Positions 23,032 to 32,138 of a stretch of DNA of 64,000 bases are shown piece after piece. A program made the translations under genes and the position numbers. Source of the DNA: Brevinema andersonii. Lineage in GTDB: Bacteria; Spirochaetota; DYKD01. The DNA lies in contig DYKD01000009.1 in assembly GCA_020722765.1 (NCBI GenBank), positions 1,718 to 65,717 on the forward strand, given 5' to 3'. The notes below the pieces were generated by a model, which saw nothing but the letters and a program-made list of their open reading frames with translations, was not told the origin of the DNA and made no database searches. Numbering within the stretch: position 1 is the stretch's first letter; the number at the start of each line of letters is the position of its first letter.

Positions 23032-25185
23032 ATGATTACCGTAGACAACGAAGTATACTACGTCCCGCAAGCGATCAAACCAAAAGAAAAAGTCAGAGGT
23101 ACCAGGATATTCCAGTCGATCGCATCGGTTTGTACCAAGATAGGTAAGACATATCTGGCGGAGATCGCCCAGGAAATGGCGAAATTATCCAATAAGACAA
23201 CTACCATAGATACCGTACTTGAGCGCGCAAAAAGCATCACCTTGAGGGATGCCCGCACTGAAGTCAACATGCACGACCTCATAATAGCTACAATGATGGA
23301 AACAGGTATCCAGAACCAGAAGATACTTCAGGTAGTTACCAGATTAGGTGTAGGCAACTCGCCGCTTTATTCGCCACTTGTCGGTAACATACTCCCTGAT
23401 GCCCTGGAGGCGGTCATCGTCGGACGCAGCAACGAGATTGCGAAAGTAGCAATGATGATGAACAAGCGTTCCAGAATCATCGCTCTTGTAGGAAATAAGG
23501 GCGTGGGTAAGAACTCAATCGTGACTGGCGTAGCAAAGGCCATAGCTTCGGGTAAGTTCCCAAGCCTGCATTCAGCTATCCTGGACCTGAACCGCATACT
23601 AGATTTCACCGCCAAATTGGCACCTGAAAATGACGCCAAGAGGATCTTCTTACCAACTGCCATGCTAGAAGATAAGAACTGCTATGTATATATCAACCAT
23701 GAACAATTCGCGAGATCCGTGAATATCATGGATGCTATCGTCTTCCTGATCGACAATGGCCTCAATATCATCCTGAATACCACAGCAGATTACATCAAGC
23801 ATGTGGAAAAGAACGCCAACCTGTTCCATCACATCGAACGTCTGGATGTGGAACAGATGCCGAAGGACCTTGCATTGCAGGCCATCAAGATCTCCAAACC
23901 GCGGATAGAGGAGAAATACATGTGTGAGATTCCGGATTCGATCTGTGAGTTCACAATGAGCATATCCTCGCGGTTCCCGATGGAACAGTCCCAGCCAGGC
24001 AGGACTCTCACTATCCTGGAACAGGCGGTCGCCGTGAAACGGCTCGGTAATCTTGATACAATCGAGAACCTCAATAAGACTGATATTTCCAAGCTGCTGC
24101 TGGACCAGAAGTACCAGGAAGCGAAAGAGCTGATAACCACCAACCATGATTATATCATGACTGGCCTGAAAATAAGCAGAATCATCGTGGAAGAGAAGGA
24201 TATCTCCGACCTGATGGTATCCCATCTGGGAATCAGTCCGAATGTACCGGCAGGTGCTATCACTTCCGACAGCATCAAACAGCTCAGTTTCCTTGAGACA
24301 TATGTCAATGAATACGTCTTCGGGCAGAAGGAAGCTGTAAAGGCCATCTGCGATTCGATCCGCAGAAAGGCGCTGAACATGACAACTGAACATACACCTC
24401 CAAGTTTCCTATTGGTAGGAACTACAGGTACAGGTAAGACATATACTGCCAAGAAGATCGCCGAACTCATGTTCGGTAGCGAGAACGCGCTTATCAGGAT
24501 TGACATGTCGGAATATACCGAACGCCATACCATCTCAAAACTGGTAGGAGCCCCTCCCGGATATGTGGGATATGAGGATGGCGGGCAATTAACGGATAAA
24601 GTCCGCAAGCGGCCACATTCGGTTATCCTACTTGATGAAATCGAGAAAGCGCACAAGGAAGTCCTAAATATCCTGTTGCAGGTCTTATCGGATGGCAGAC
24701 TGACTGATGGCAAAGGAAGGACAGTGTCCTTCAGCGAGTCCATAATAATCATGACATCAAATCTGGGTACTAAGTCCCAAGTTGGCGATATCGGTTTTGG
24801 CGCGGATACTACGAAGATCACCAAAACCAACGTCATGGATTCCGTCAAGGCATTCTTCTCGCCTGAGCTGTTCAACAGGATAGGCAGAATTGTGATGTAC
24901 AACAGTCTTGGTAAGGAAGAGATCCGCAGGATAATCCTACGTGAACAGGATATAGCCTCCAAGAATACAAAATTCAAGTTGCAGTTCACTGAGAAAGTGA
25001 CAGCATATCTTGAGAAGAAGATCGCCGATAACGGTAACGTCGAGATTTATGGAGGTAGGGAAGTCAACAGACTAGTACAGGAACACCTGTTCGACCAAGT
25101 TACTGAAATGATACTCAAGTATGGGAAAACCCCGACAGAAGTATCGGTTGATTATGATACAGAACTTAAAGTGAGCGTAAAATGA
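23032..25185 (+). CDS. ClpC/ClpA-type double-ring AAA+ unfoldase with a degenerate first AAA+ ring (D1)
   Basis: The second ring (D2) has GTTGTGKT, ILLDEIEKAH, GAPPGYVGY and TSNLG...DIGFGA (ClpP-docking loop). D1 has Walker A GNKGVGKNS and Walker B VYINHEQF. Confidence 0.9.
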   Translation: MITVDNEVYYVPQAIKPKEKVRGTRIFQSIASVCTKIGKTYLAEIAQEMAKLSNKTTTIDTVLERAKSITLRDARTEVNMHDLIIATMMETGIQNQKILQVVTRLGVGNSPLYSPLVGNILPDALEAVIVGRSNEIAKVAMMMNKRSRIIALVGNKGVGKNSIVTGVAKAIASGKFPSLHSAILDLNRILDFTAKLAPENDAKRIFLPTAMLEDKNCYVYINHEQFARSVNIMDAIVFLIDNGLNIILNTTADYIKHVEKNANLFHHIERLDVEQMPKDLALQAIKISKPRIEEKYMCEIPDSICEFTMSISSRFPMEQSQPGRTLTILEQAVAVKRLGNLDTIENLNKTDISKLLLDQKYQEAKELITTNHDYIMTGLKISRIIVEEKDISDLMVSHLGISPNVPAGAITSDSIKQLSFLETYVNEYVFGQKEAVKAICDSIRRKALNMTTEHTPPSFLLVGTTGTGKTYTAKKIAELMFGSENALIRIDMSEYTERHTISKLVGAPPGYVGYEDGGQLTDKVRKRPHSVILLDEIEKAHKEVLNILLQVLSDGRLTDGKGRTVSFSESIIIMTSNLGTKSQVGDIGFGADTTKITKTNVMDSVKAFFSPELFNRIGRIVMYNSLGKEEIRRIILREQDIASKNTKFKLQFTEKVTAYLEKKIADNGNVEIYGGREVNRLVQEHLFDQVTEMILKYGKTPTEVSVDYDTELKVSVK

Positions 25186-25919
25186 ACATCATCACATACA
25201 ACACCCCATTTACCTGCATGAACAATTGTCCCGGTTGTTACCTGAAAAAGACAATGGATATGTCAAATATCGACATGATAAAAGGCATGTCCAATCTGTC
25301 CACATTATTAGTAGCAGATAAGAAGGCAACACTCGTGATTGCCATGATGAACAACAGGAAAGTGTATGAACATGTGGATATCCTTCTTAAGAAGACCAAG
25401 CATCTACGTAAGTATAGGGAAACTCACATATTGGCAAATGTAGAAGGATATGATTGCAACAGTACCGGTGAACTGTTCTACAAATGGAATTTGGATGAGA
25501 TCAGCTTATCATGTGATATTGACAAGTATGAAAAAGCCATCTCATTGATGGCGGCAACAGAAGCCATGGCTAACAGGAAAATCAGGAAGACAGTGATAAC
25601 GGTACTGGATAGGCAGAATCCCGAGGAACTTGTATCGAAGATAAAGCGGGCACAGGCGACAGGAATCATCGATGAATTCCATCTCTTGCCATTGATAGAT
25701 GCCGGCGAAGTTACGAAAATGGAACGGACTAACCGATTCCTACCGACGATAATGAAACTGACACTTGAAAACCCGACATTCCCAGTGCATCTTACTGGAT
25801 GTGTGTCATGCTTCGGAACGGACAGGTGTCCGGGAATGGATAACGGATATTTGGAAATCACAGGACGTGATATCCAGAGGGTATGTCCTTACGGTGTACA
25901 GAAGGAGTGCGGCAAATGA
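25182..25919 (+). CDS. radical SAM enzyme (small, with a C-terminal Cys cluster)
   Basis: N-terminal CMNNCPGC (CX3CX2C). C-terminal CVSCFGTDRC...C...C. ATGA overlap with the ClpC-like gene. Confidence 0.7.
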   Translation: MNIITYNTPFTCMNNCPGCYLKKTMDMSNIDMIKGMSNLSTLLVADKKATLVIAMMNNRKVYEHVDILLKKTKHLRKYRETHILANVEGYDCNSTGELFYKWNLDEISLSCDIDKYEKAISLMAATEAMANRKIRKTVITVLDRQNPEELVSKIKRAQATGIIDEFHLLPLIDAGEVTKMERTNRFLPTIMKLTLENPTFPVHLTGCVSCFGTDRCPGMDNGYLEITGRDIQRVCPYGVQKECGK

Positions 25920-26560
25920 GTAGAGAAGATAGATGTTATAGCAGAGGGTCCATCCTCGCCAAACTGATGATAATCGGTCAGGCTCCAGGTAAGGAAGAAT
26001 CCAGGAAGATATGGATAGATAAGGATCTTGACAATGAAGTCAGGATACCTGTACCATTCTGCGGGGTAGCCGGCATCCTGTTGATGTCAGTCATGAAAAG
26101 ATTCGATATCCAGGAAGGCGATTACATAATGACGAATACTGTATCATTCTTTCCCACAAGTGAGAACGATACGCTGCGTCCACCATCTTTGGACGAGATA
26201 AGGGAAGAACGCCCGCGTCTCCTGCGTGAAATCTTCACTATCAAACCAAAGCTGATTCTTGCATTAGGTAAGGAAGCAATATGGTCGACAGTATTCTATG
26301 GCAATCAGCCATTGACTGCTGTACGTCCGACACAGATGAATGGAATCCTGGAAAACTGCGTATTCGTCGATCCGGACGACGAGAACCATACCCATCAGTG
26401 CAAAGTACTGATGTTGTATCATCCTTCCTACCTGAGAAGGAAGAAAAAGGATGATGATCCGGAATACCATGATCTAATGACCAAGTTCATGGCTGCATTC
26501 CTCAACAATAAGGAACATATTGAGGAAGCGATAGGTAGACAATTATTAATAGGCAGGTAA
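25916..26560 (+). CDS. uracil-DNA glycosylase superfamily protein (family 4-like)
   Basis: Contains IIGQAPGKEE, PFCGVAGILL and YHPSYLRR. ATGA overlap with the radical SAM gene. Confidence 0.7.
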   Translation: MSREDRCYSRGSILAKLMIIGQAPGKEESRKIWIDKDLDNEVRIPVPFCGVAGILLMSVMKRFDIQEGDYIMTNTVSFFPTSENDTLRPPSLDEIREERPRLLREIFTIKPKLILALGKEAIWSTVFYGNQPLTAVRPTQMNGILENCVFVDPDDENHTHQCKVLMLYHPSYLRRKKKDDDPEYHDLMTKFMAAFLNNKEHIEEAIGRQLLIGR

Positions 26561-26561
26561 C

Positions 26562-27395
26562 ATGCTGATTTGTCGTTATACATCACATGCTGAATTCGAC
26601 CTCGATATGGAACACAAAGGCATAGCCACGGAATATCATGCGAATTTGGCTAAACTGATATTTACTCATGTTGCACCGATTATCAGATCTGGAAATGCGT
26701 ATGTCGCAGGGGGTGCAGCAAAAGACCTGATGGCAGCGGTCTATCCGACTACAGATCCTGGTATGAGGGCAAAACTGGCCAAATATGGATCAACATCAGA
26801 CGATATAGATATCTACATGAGAAGCGATGACCCGGCAAAACTTCAGCTGATGCAGGATGAAATAGAGAGTAAGTTCAAGCTGGTGAACGAGACCCAAATC
26901 TCGCTCAATTACATTATTGAAACAAGATACATGACAAAGAAGTTGCAGCTTATCAAACCAAACATAACGGATAATCGCGCATCATTCTACGGAGAGCCAG
27001 ATGAACTCGTATCGGCGTTCGACCTAAGTGCCTGTCAAGCCAGCTTGCAGTGCACGATGCCGGAATGCATAGAATTACGGAGTACCTCGGATTGGGAGGA
27101 AACAATGACCACTGGAATCGTGAAACTAGTGAACCAATACAACCCACTATCAGGATTGTTACGGTTAAGCAAGTATGCCGCGAAAGGATTCAAGATCCAG
27201 TTAAAATCATATGTGAATATCCTGAGATATTGGGATGACCGTACAGACATCGAGAAGACGGAATTCTTCAAGCTTGTCGGCAAAATGTCAGAAGGCAAGC
27301 AGTTAAGCAATATGGAATACGAATTCGCATTGAGGACAACGATAGGTATGGCAGGAATGCTAAAATACAAGGAGCTAAGGAATGAATCCGGTTGA
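26562..27395 (+). CDS. possible Pol-beta-fold nucleotidyltransferase
   Basis: AGGAAKDL ... DDIDIY resembles the GG..RD / DxD motifs of CCA-adding-type NTases, but the spacer is unusually long. Confidence 0.4.
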   Translation: MLICRYTSHAEFDLDMEHKGIATEYHANLAKLIFTHVAPIIRSGNAYVAGGAAKDLMAAVYPTTDPGMRAKLAKYGSTSDDIDIYMRSDDPAKLQLMQDEIESKFKLVNETQISLNYIIETRYMTKKLQLIKPNITDNRASFYGEPDELVSAFDLSACQASLQCTMPECIELRSTSDWEETMTTGIVKLVNQYNPLSGLLRLSKYAAKGFKIQLKSYVNILRYWDDRTDIEKTEFFKLVGKMSEGKQLSNMEYEFALRTTIGMAGMLKYKELRNESG

Positions 27396-28494
27396 AATAG
27401 CAATGGAACATCGCAGATACAGGGAAGTACTAGAACAGGAACTTGGAGTTACGTATGGTACACGCGCTGCAGTGGAAACCAAACAGAAGGCAATATATGA
27501 ACAGCTATATGGTGAAATAGGTGATGAAACCGCGATATCTTTACAGCTAGTATTTTCAAACCGATATACGACTGATTTCCTGCCACCAGGTATAAATGTG
27601 TTCGATTACAGGATAATCAACCATATATTGTCGAAGGTGAGGACCAATCCAAGAGGACAAGGAAGGATTTACGGCATGTATCCAAAGTTCTGCCGCATCA
27701 TAGCGATGATATCGGGATCAATGGCTCCTAATACCGGGGCTACAATGTACAGGTCGTCGCAGGAGGCATTCGCCAGATCAATAGTGGCCGAATATTGTGA
27801 AACAACCACACCATATACCAGTTATCACCATTCCACCGTTTTGAGTGACATCCTGAAACCAGTACATACCAGGCGATTTCATTCGGAATCCGCCCTTGGT
27901 CTTTCATTGGCTTATGCAACGGGCAATCTGTCGAAAGTTTCAAAAGAGGCGAACGAACAGGTAATAAATGCGATATCATGCAGGAATGACCAGGGAATCA
28001 CGTCCCTGAGCACGCTCAAGGCATATAACGATATAAGCAGCCATGAGAAATTGGGGCAGATATTCGCATATGCAAACCTGTTATGCCGCCACAATGACGC
28101 TTTCAATTTCGGCCATAATTCGGTTTTCCTCATACCGAACCTCATCAAAATACTGGTAGATCCCTTATCAACCGAGAACATCGGAAACATGACGCAGTGT
28201 TTCATAGTTGCAATGGCGGCATTCCTGGCAGGTAAGGAATATAGGGTTACCGATGAGATGATTGCTTCAGTGATTGCATTATACCTGAACCAGAGCGATT
28301 ACGCGGAGATCATGTCCGCAAAACTGCTGAACACTTGGGCATTCCTTACTCATAATGAGGAAAGGTTATTCAGCTTCCTGACGGCCAGCGAGATAGACGC
28401 TCTGAACAAGGCATGGAAATCACAGGATTATCCGGCACTCAAACTGGGCAGGTTAACCAAAATAGACAGAGTAACAAACAATGAGGAAAATTAG
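27382..28494 (+). CDS. hypothetical protein (370 aa)
   Basis: AAGGAG SD. Long ORF. Confidence 0.65.
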   Translation: MNPVEIAMEHRRYREVLEQELGVTYGTRAAVETKQKAIYEQLYGEIGDETAISLQLVFSNRYTTDFLPPGINVFDYRIINHILSKVRTNPRGQGRIYGMYPKFCRIIAMISGSMAPNTGATMYRSSQEAFARSIVAEYCETTTPYTSYHHSTVLSDILKPVHTRRFHSESALGLSLAYATGNLSKVSKEANEQVINAISCRNDQGITSLSTLKAYNDISSHEKLGQIFAYANLLCRHNDAFNFGHNSVFLIPNLIKILVDPLSTENIGNMTQCFIVAMAAFLAGKEYRVTDEMIASVIALYLNQSDYAEIMSAKLLNTWAFLTHNEERLFSFLTASEIDALNKAWKSQDYPALKLGRLTKIDRVTNNEEN

Positions 28495-28652
28495 GATAAT
28501 GGCCGCAAAAGCCAAAACACCCATATCCTACAACCTCAGTGAACTTGTCGACCTTGATAATTATGGTATATATAGTATAGGTTTCACTGCAAAGAAAATA
28601 GAAGTCCAGGAACATAGTGAATCTCATATAAGTATGGATTCTACGATACTTA

Positions 28653-28673
28653 TTTTTGCTTAATAAGCAAAAA
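28653..28673. repeat. AT-rich perfect palindrome
   Basis: TTTTTGCTTA-a-TAAGCAAAAA. Confidence 0.6.
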
Positions 28674-28698
28674 CACCAATTTAAAAATGGAGCTGATC

Positions 28699-28902
28699 AT
28701 GCCTACATACCGCTATAGATGCCCGGATTGCCAGAATGAGTTCGATGAACTGCAGGGCATAAACGACAAACCAGACGCGCAGTGTCCAATCTGCAAATCA
28801 CTCAAACCTGTCAGGATAATAGTTGCAGGGGCAGCGATAATGTTCAAGGGTAAGGGTTTCTACGTAAACGACTACAGGAAAAACAATAACCATATTCCTT
28901 GA
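28699..28902 (+). CDS. FmdB-family zinc-ribbon protein
   Basis: MPTYRYRCPDCQNEFDEL...CPICKS matches the family signature. GGAG SD. Confidence 0.7.
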   Translation: MPTYRYRCPDCQNEFDELQGINDKPDAQCPICKSLKPVRIIVAGAAIMFKGKGFYVNDYRKNNNHIP

Positions 28903-28905
28903 AAG

Positions 28906-28934
28906 TTGACATGTCATGATAAAATGATTATATT
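28906..28934 (+). promoter_or_regulatory. consensus-like sigma70 promoter TTGACA-17-TATATT
   Basis: -35 at 28906-28911, -10 at 28929-28934, about 17 nt upstream of the ssb start codon. Confidence 0.65.
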
Positions 28935-28950
28935 TACCAGGAGGTAAAAT

Positions 28951-29337
28951 ATGGCAAAGATTCAGTTTCATGGGTTCCTCATTGAGGATCCGAAATTCCA
29001 CGTCATGGACAATGGCAGCAAGATTGCTAACATTGTCGTCAGCGCAAAGAGCGAACATCCTGACGCAAGGAAGAAGACACCGGCCGAAAGGCAGCTGTGG
29101 GACGTGAGCGTTTTCCTCACAGCCCAGAACAAGCTCGGTGACTACCTTAAGAAGGGTACGAACGTCAGTGTATGGGGTGCTGTCTATAAGGACACATACA
29201 AGGAAAAGACGTATGTCAAGATCCGCGCAAATGCAGGAGACGTAGAACTTTTACCGTCAGGTAGGAAACCTGAAGGTACAAAGCCTGCTGCTCCATCTGA
29301 AGCTCCAGTGGAAGATGACTGGGACGGAGGGGACTAA
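28951..29337 (+). CDS. ssb: single-stranded DNA-binding protein
   Basis: OB-fold-like N-terminus (HGFLIEDPKFHVMDNGSKIANIVV), a Pro/Ala-rich linker and an acidic tail EDDWDGGD. Confidence 0.7.
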   Translation: MAKIQFHGFLIEDPKFHVMDNGSKIANIVVSAKSEHPDARKKTPAERQLWDVSVFLTAQNKLGDYLKKGTNVSVWGAVYKDTYKEKTYVKIRANAGDVELLPSGRKPEGTKPAAPSEAPVEDDWDGGD

Positions 29338-29339
29338 CC

Positions 29340-30568
29340 ATGGGCAAGGCTGGGAAATCACTGCTTGATCCTGCTACTGAGGAGATTTCCGGCACAGAAG
29401 CCCTACCTGCTAAGAAGATACAGAAACAGATCTACCGTAAGATAGAGGATCTGTATGATTTTGTGTCTACAGGTGTCCCTGTCATGTTCGTACATGACAG
29501 GGACATCCGGGGTTTCTTCTGCACGGACAATACGAAAATCGGGATCGGACCACTATTGGATACACATAAGATCTATATGATGTCACAAGGTTTCAGCATG
29601 ATCTCGATCGAGAAACAGAAATTGGCGAATCATACCATCAAGTTCACTGAAGTGAACGCGCCGGATGAGATAGGAACAATGTCACCAATAACGAATCCGG
29701 CACTGGGCCTGGATTATTTCCTCGACAAGATGCCGACAAAAATTGTAGGTGAAACAACAGATGCAGTCCTGGTTTTGTCATATGATCCGGATATAATCAA
29801 TGACAATAACAAGATAACAGGCACCTTAAGGGACCATTATAATGATATGGTCATGACGATCCAGCGTGACATCGTGAAAAGACGACCAAACCAGCACGTT
29901 AACACAAGGAATAGTCCTACACTACATACATCAGTGGGAGAATATGATCCAGGCTCAAACGATGGAACGCCAGAATCCATTCCTTCTAGAGTTGTGATAA
30001 TATTGAGTTCGAGACCGCAATTACCTCCAAGGCTAAATGGTTATTGTCTCAATGTTGGCACAATCATCAGACATTTGGTCTCGAATACGAAAGGTGAAAA
30101 CAGGTTACCACATAGCCTGACAAGTAGCCTCACCACTACTGAAATACTATTGGCACAAAGGTTATATGATACATCGGCTGATGATGCGAAAGTAAAACGC
30201 TTCAGAAAAGCGGTATTCACTTCCAATAATGTCATTGAAGACATTACTGATTATCCGTCCATGAAAGACATAGGCGGGTATGATAACCTGAAAGCGTTCA
30301 TCGAAACTAGGAAGACATTGCTTGATAAGTACTATAATAAGATGCTGGAACGTAATCTGCAGATCAAAGGTATCTTCATTGCAGGTGTTCCAGGATCCGG
30401 TAAAACCCAGATATTGAAAGCCCTAGGTTCCTACTGGGGATTGCCGGCATACCGTTTACGGCTAGAAGCGGTCTTCGGCAGATATGTCGGAGATTCGGAA
30501 AGTGCGCTGATTTCGGCGCTGGAAAACCTGCAGAAACTGTCCCCTTGCTTCGTATTATTGGATGAGAT
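29340..30568 (+). CDS. classical-clade AAA+ ATPase (CDC48/FtsH-like module), 5' exon
   Basis: Walker A GVPGSGKT, then YVGDSE, then Walker B FVLLDEI at the exon end. The raw ORF runs on to 30596. Confidence 0.8.
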
Positions 30569-31193
30569 TAAATTATCAGTCTCCTTGGCGGCGTGAGCCG
30601 TCATGAAAAAGCGGGTCAATTGCTGGAAACCCCTTAAGCCTATTAGGCTACAACATAATCCGCAAGGATAAGTGTGAATGCTTGAAAACTAATAGGATTG
30701 GACAATCAGCAGCCACTTCCTGGGAACAGGAAAGGTTCAGAGACTACGAGTCCGCTAAGTTGGCAGCCAGCTTCTTCTAGTAGATAATATACTAAATACT
30801 AGAAGGAGTAGGCTATGATGTATAACATTGTACAAGCATCAAAGATGCTAAACAGAAGCAAACGAGAAGCTGTACTAGAACTAGATAATAATGAATGTCA
30901 GTTATGTGGCGATGACCAAGATTTGGTCGTACATCATATAGATGAGAAAAGCAGTAGAAATTCAGATACTCCAAATAATAGTTTGGATAATCTGATTACG
31001 CTCTGTAAACAATGTCATTATTATTGTCATTGGCATACTAGATTTAATGCTATTAAGCATAAAATTCTAGTTATTGCCGACAAGTTCAAGTTATTTATTA
31101 GTGATCAACTTAAAGATATAGTCCGAACTCGTATGAGAATACGAGAGGATGGCAGAAATGACCATCCAGCCGGATAACCGGTGTTAACAGTTG
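30569..31193 (+). mobile_element. group I intron carrying an HNH homing endonuclease
   Basis: R element GTTCAGAGACTAC at 30735-30747. S element AAGATATAGTCC at 31113-31124. P7 pairs GACTA with TAGTC. P1 pairs GAGAT (30564-68) with GTCTC (30579-83), with a U-G at the splice site. P10 pairs TTATCA (30573-78) with TGATAA (31194-99). The terminal intron G (omega-G) is at 31193. There are several GNRA hairpins. Confidence 0.85.
30815..31177 (+). CDS. HNH homing endonuclease (intron-encoded)
   Basis: CQLCGDDQDLVVHHID...NLITLCKQCHYYCH. GGAG SD. AT-rich relative to the flanks. Confidence 0.85.
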   Translation: MMYNIVQASKMLNRSKREAVLELDNNECQLCGDDQDLVVHHIDEKSSRNSDTPNNSLDNLITLCKQCHYYCHWHTRFNAIKHKILVIADKFKLFISDQLKDIVRTRMRIREDGRNDHPAG

Positions 31194-31689
31194 TGATAAG
31201 TCATTAGCAGGAGTAGGAGAAGGTGAAGTAGCAGGTTCCGATGTACCTAAGAGGGTCTTCGGTATCCTATTGGATAAGATGGCTGAAAGTACAGGCATCA
31301 TTTTCGGTGCCAGTGCCAACAGGGTAAAATCCATACCAGAGGAATTCATGAGACGTGGTCGTTTTGACCGCATCTTCTTCATGGATCTTCCGGATATAAA
31401 AGCTAGGATGAAGATCATATCTATCCATCTAGGCAAGCACGGTTACGATCATAAGCAGTTCACACATGATGAACTGACACAGATGGTTGATTCAATGGAT
31501 AAGTTTACAGGTGCGGAAATCGAATCGGTGATTACTGAGGCGATTATCCAGTCCCTGGTAGACAATGATGGTAAGCTTACTGCTAGCCATATCATAAAGA
31601 AAGCCAACGAAACAACAACCATCGACAAGAACAAAACAGACATCAAGGAACTCGCTGCATGGGCTGAAAAGTTCGCAACGAAGGCCTGA
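31194..31689 (+). CDS. classical-clade AAA+ ATPase, 3' exon
   Basis: The spliced junction reads LLDEI|DKSLAG. ASANRVKSIPEEFMRRGRFDRIFFMDLPD matches the sensor-1/Arg-finger/second-region-of-homology (SRH) pattern. Track ORF 31270..31689 has no SD. Confidence 0.8.
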
Positions 31690-31723
31690 TGATACTATAA
31701 ACAAAAGAGGAGGTGATTATCAG

Positions 31724-32062
31724 ATGAGCGCAAAAGCGACAATGACTGTAAAGGCACAGACTGAACAGGCTATTTATGCTGCCGCAAAGATCTTGGATCG
31801 AACGGTAACAAAGACAGCTGAAGGTCTTTCTGTCAACATCAATGGATATCGTCCATTGCAGTTCAACAAGGTGGTAACCAACGGGAAATCACTGTACGAA
31901 GCAAATTACGATAACATGGATGAGGTACAGGTTAAGAAGTTCATTCAGGCAACGGTATTCGCTGAAGCACAAGCTCGCCTTAAGGCACTTGGCTATACAG
32001 TGATGTCTACCCCTTTATCGAACATCAATGAAGGAAAGAACATGGTTCTCTCCATTAGTTAA
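31724..32062 (+). CDS. hypothetical protein
   Basis: GAGGAGG SD. 112 aa. A terminator follows. Confidence 0.65.
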   Translation: MSAKATMTVKAQTEQAIYAAAKILDRTVTKTAEGLSVNINGYRPLQFNKVVTNGKSLYEANYDNMDEVQVKKFIQATVFAEAQARLKALGYTVMSTPLSNINEGKNMVLSIS

Positions 32063-32080
32063 CCTCCCTACACAGCGCTG

Positions 32081-32114
32081 GACGAGGGCAGGAAACTGCC
32101 CTCATCCTTTTTTT
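32081..32114 (+). terminator. intrinsic terminator
   Basis: GACGAGGGCAG-GAAA-CTGCCCTCATC followed by CTTTTTTT. Confidence 0.75.
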
Positions 32115-32138
32115 GAATCTAGTATAAGGAGACTATAA

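Noticed and set aside
23665-24989. Long minus-strand ORFs (242 and 279 aa) opposite the ClpC-like gene
   Set aside because: These are shadow ORFs antisense to a gene with unambiguous Clp ATPase motifs. They have no SD and a low-complexity Ser/Leu-rich translation.
28481-28663. 60-aa ORF in the gap before the FmdB-like gene
   Set aside because: The SD is weak, the ORF overlaps the end of the previous gene, and it terminates in the AT-rich palindrome. The evidence is insufficient.
29340-31689. Split AAA+ gene expressed as two separate polypeptides around a free-standing HNH gene
   Set aside because: The second half has no SD or ATG near the homology start, the break falls inside Walker B, and the group I R/S, P1 and P10 elements fit a precise in-frame splice.
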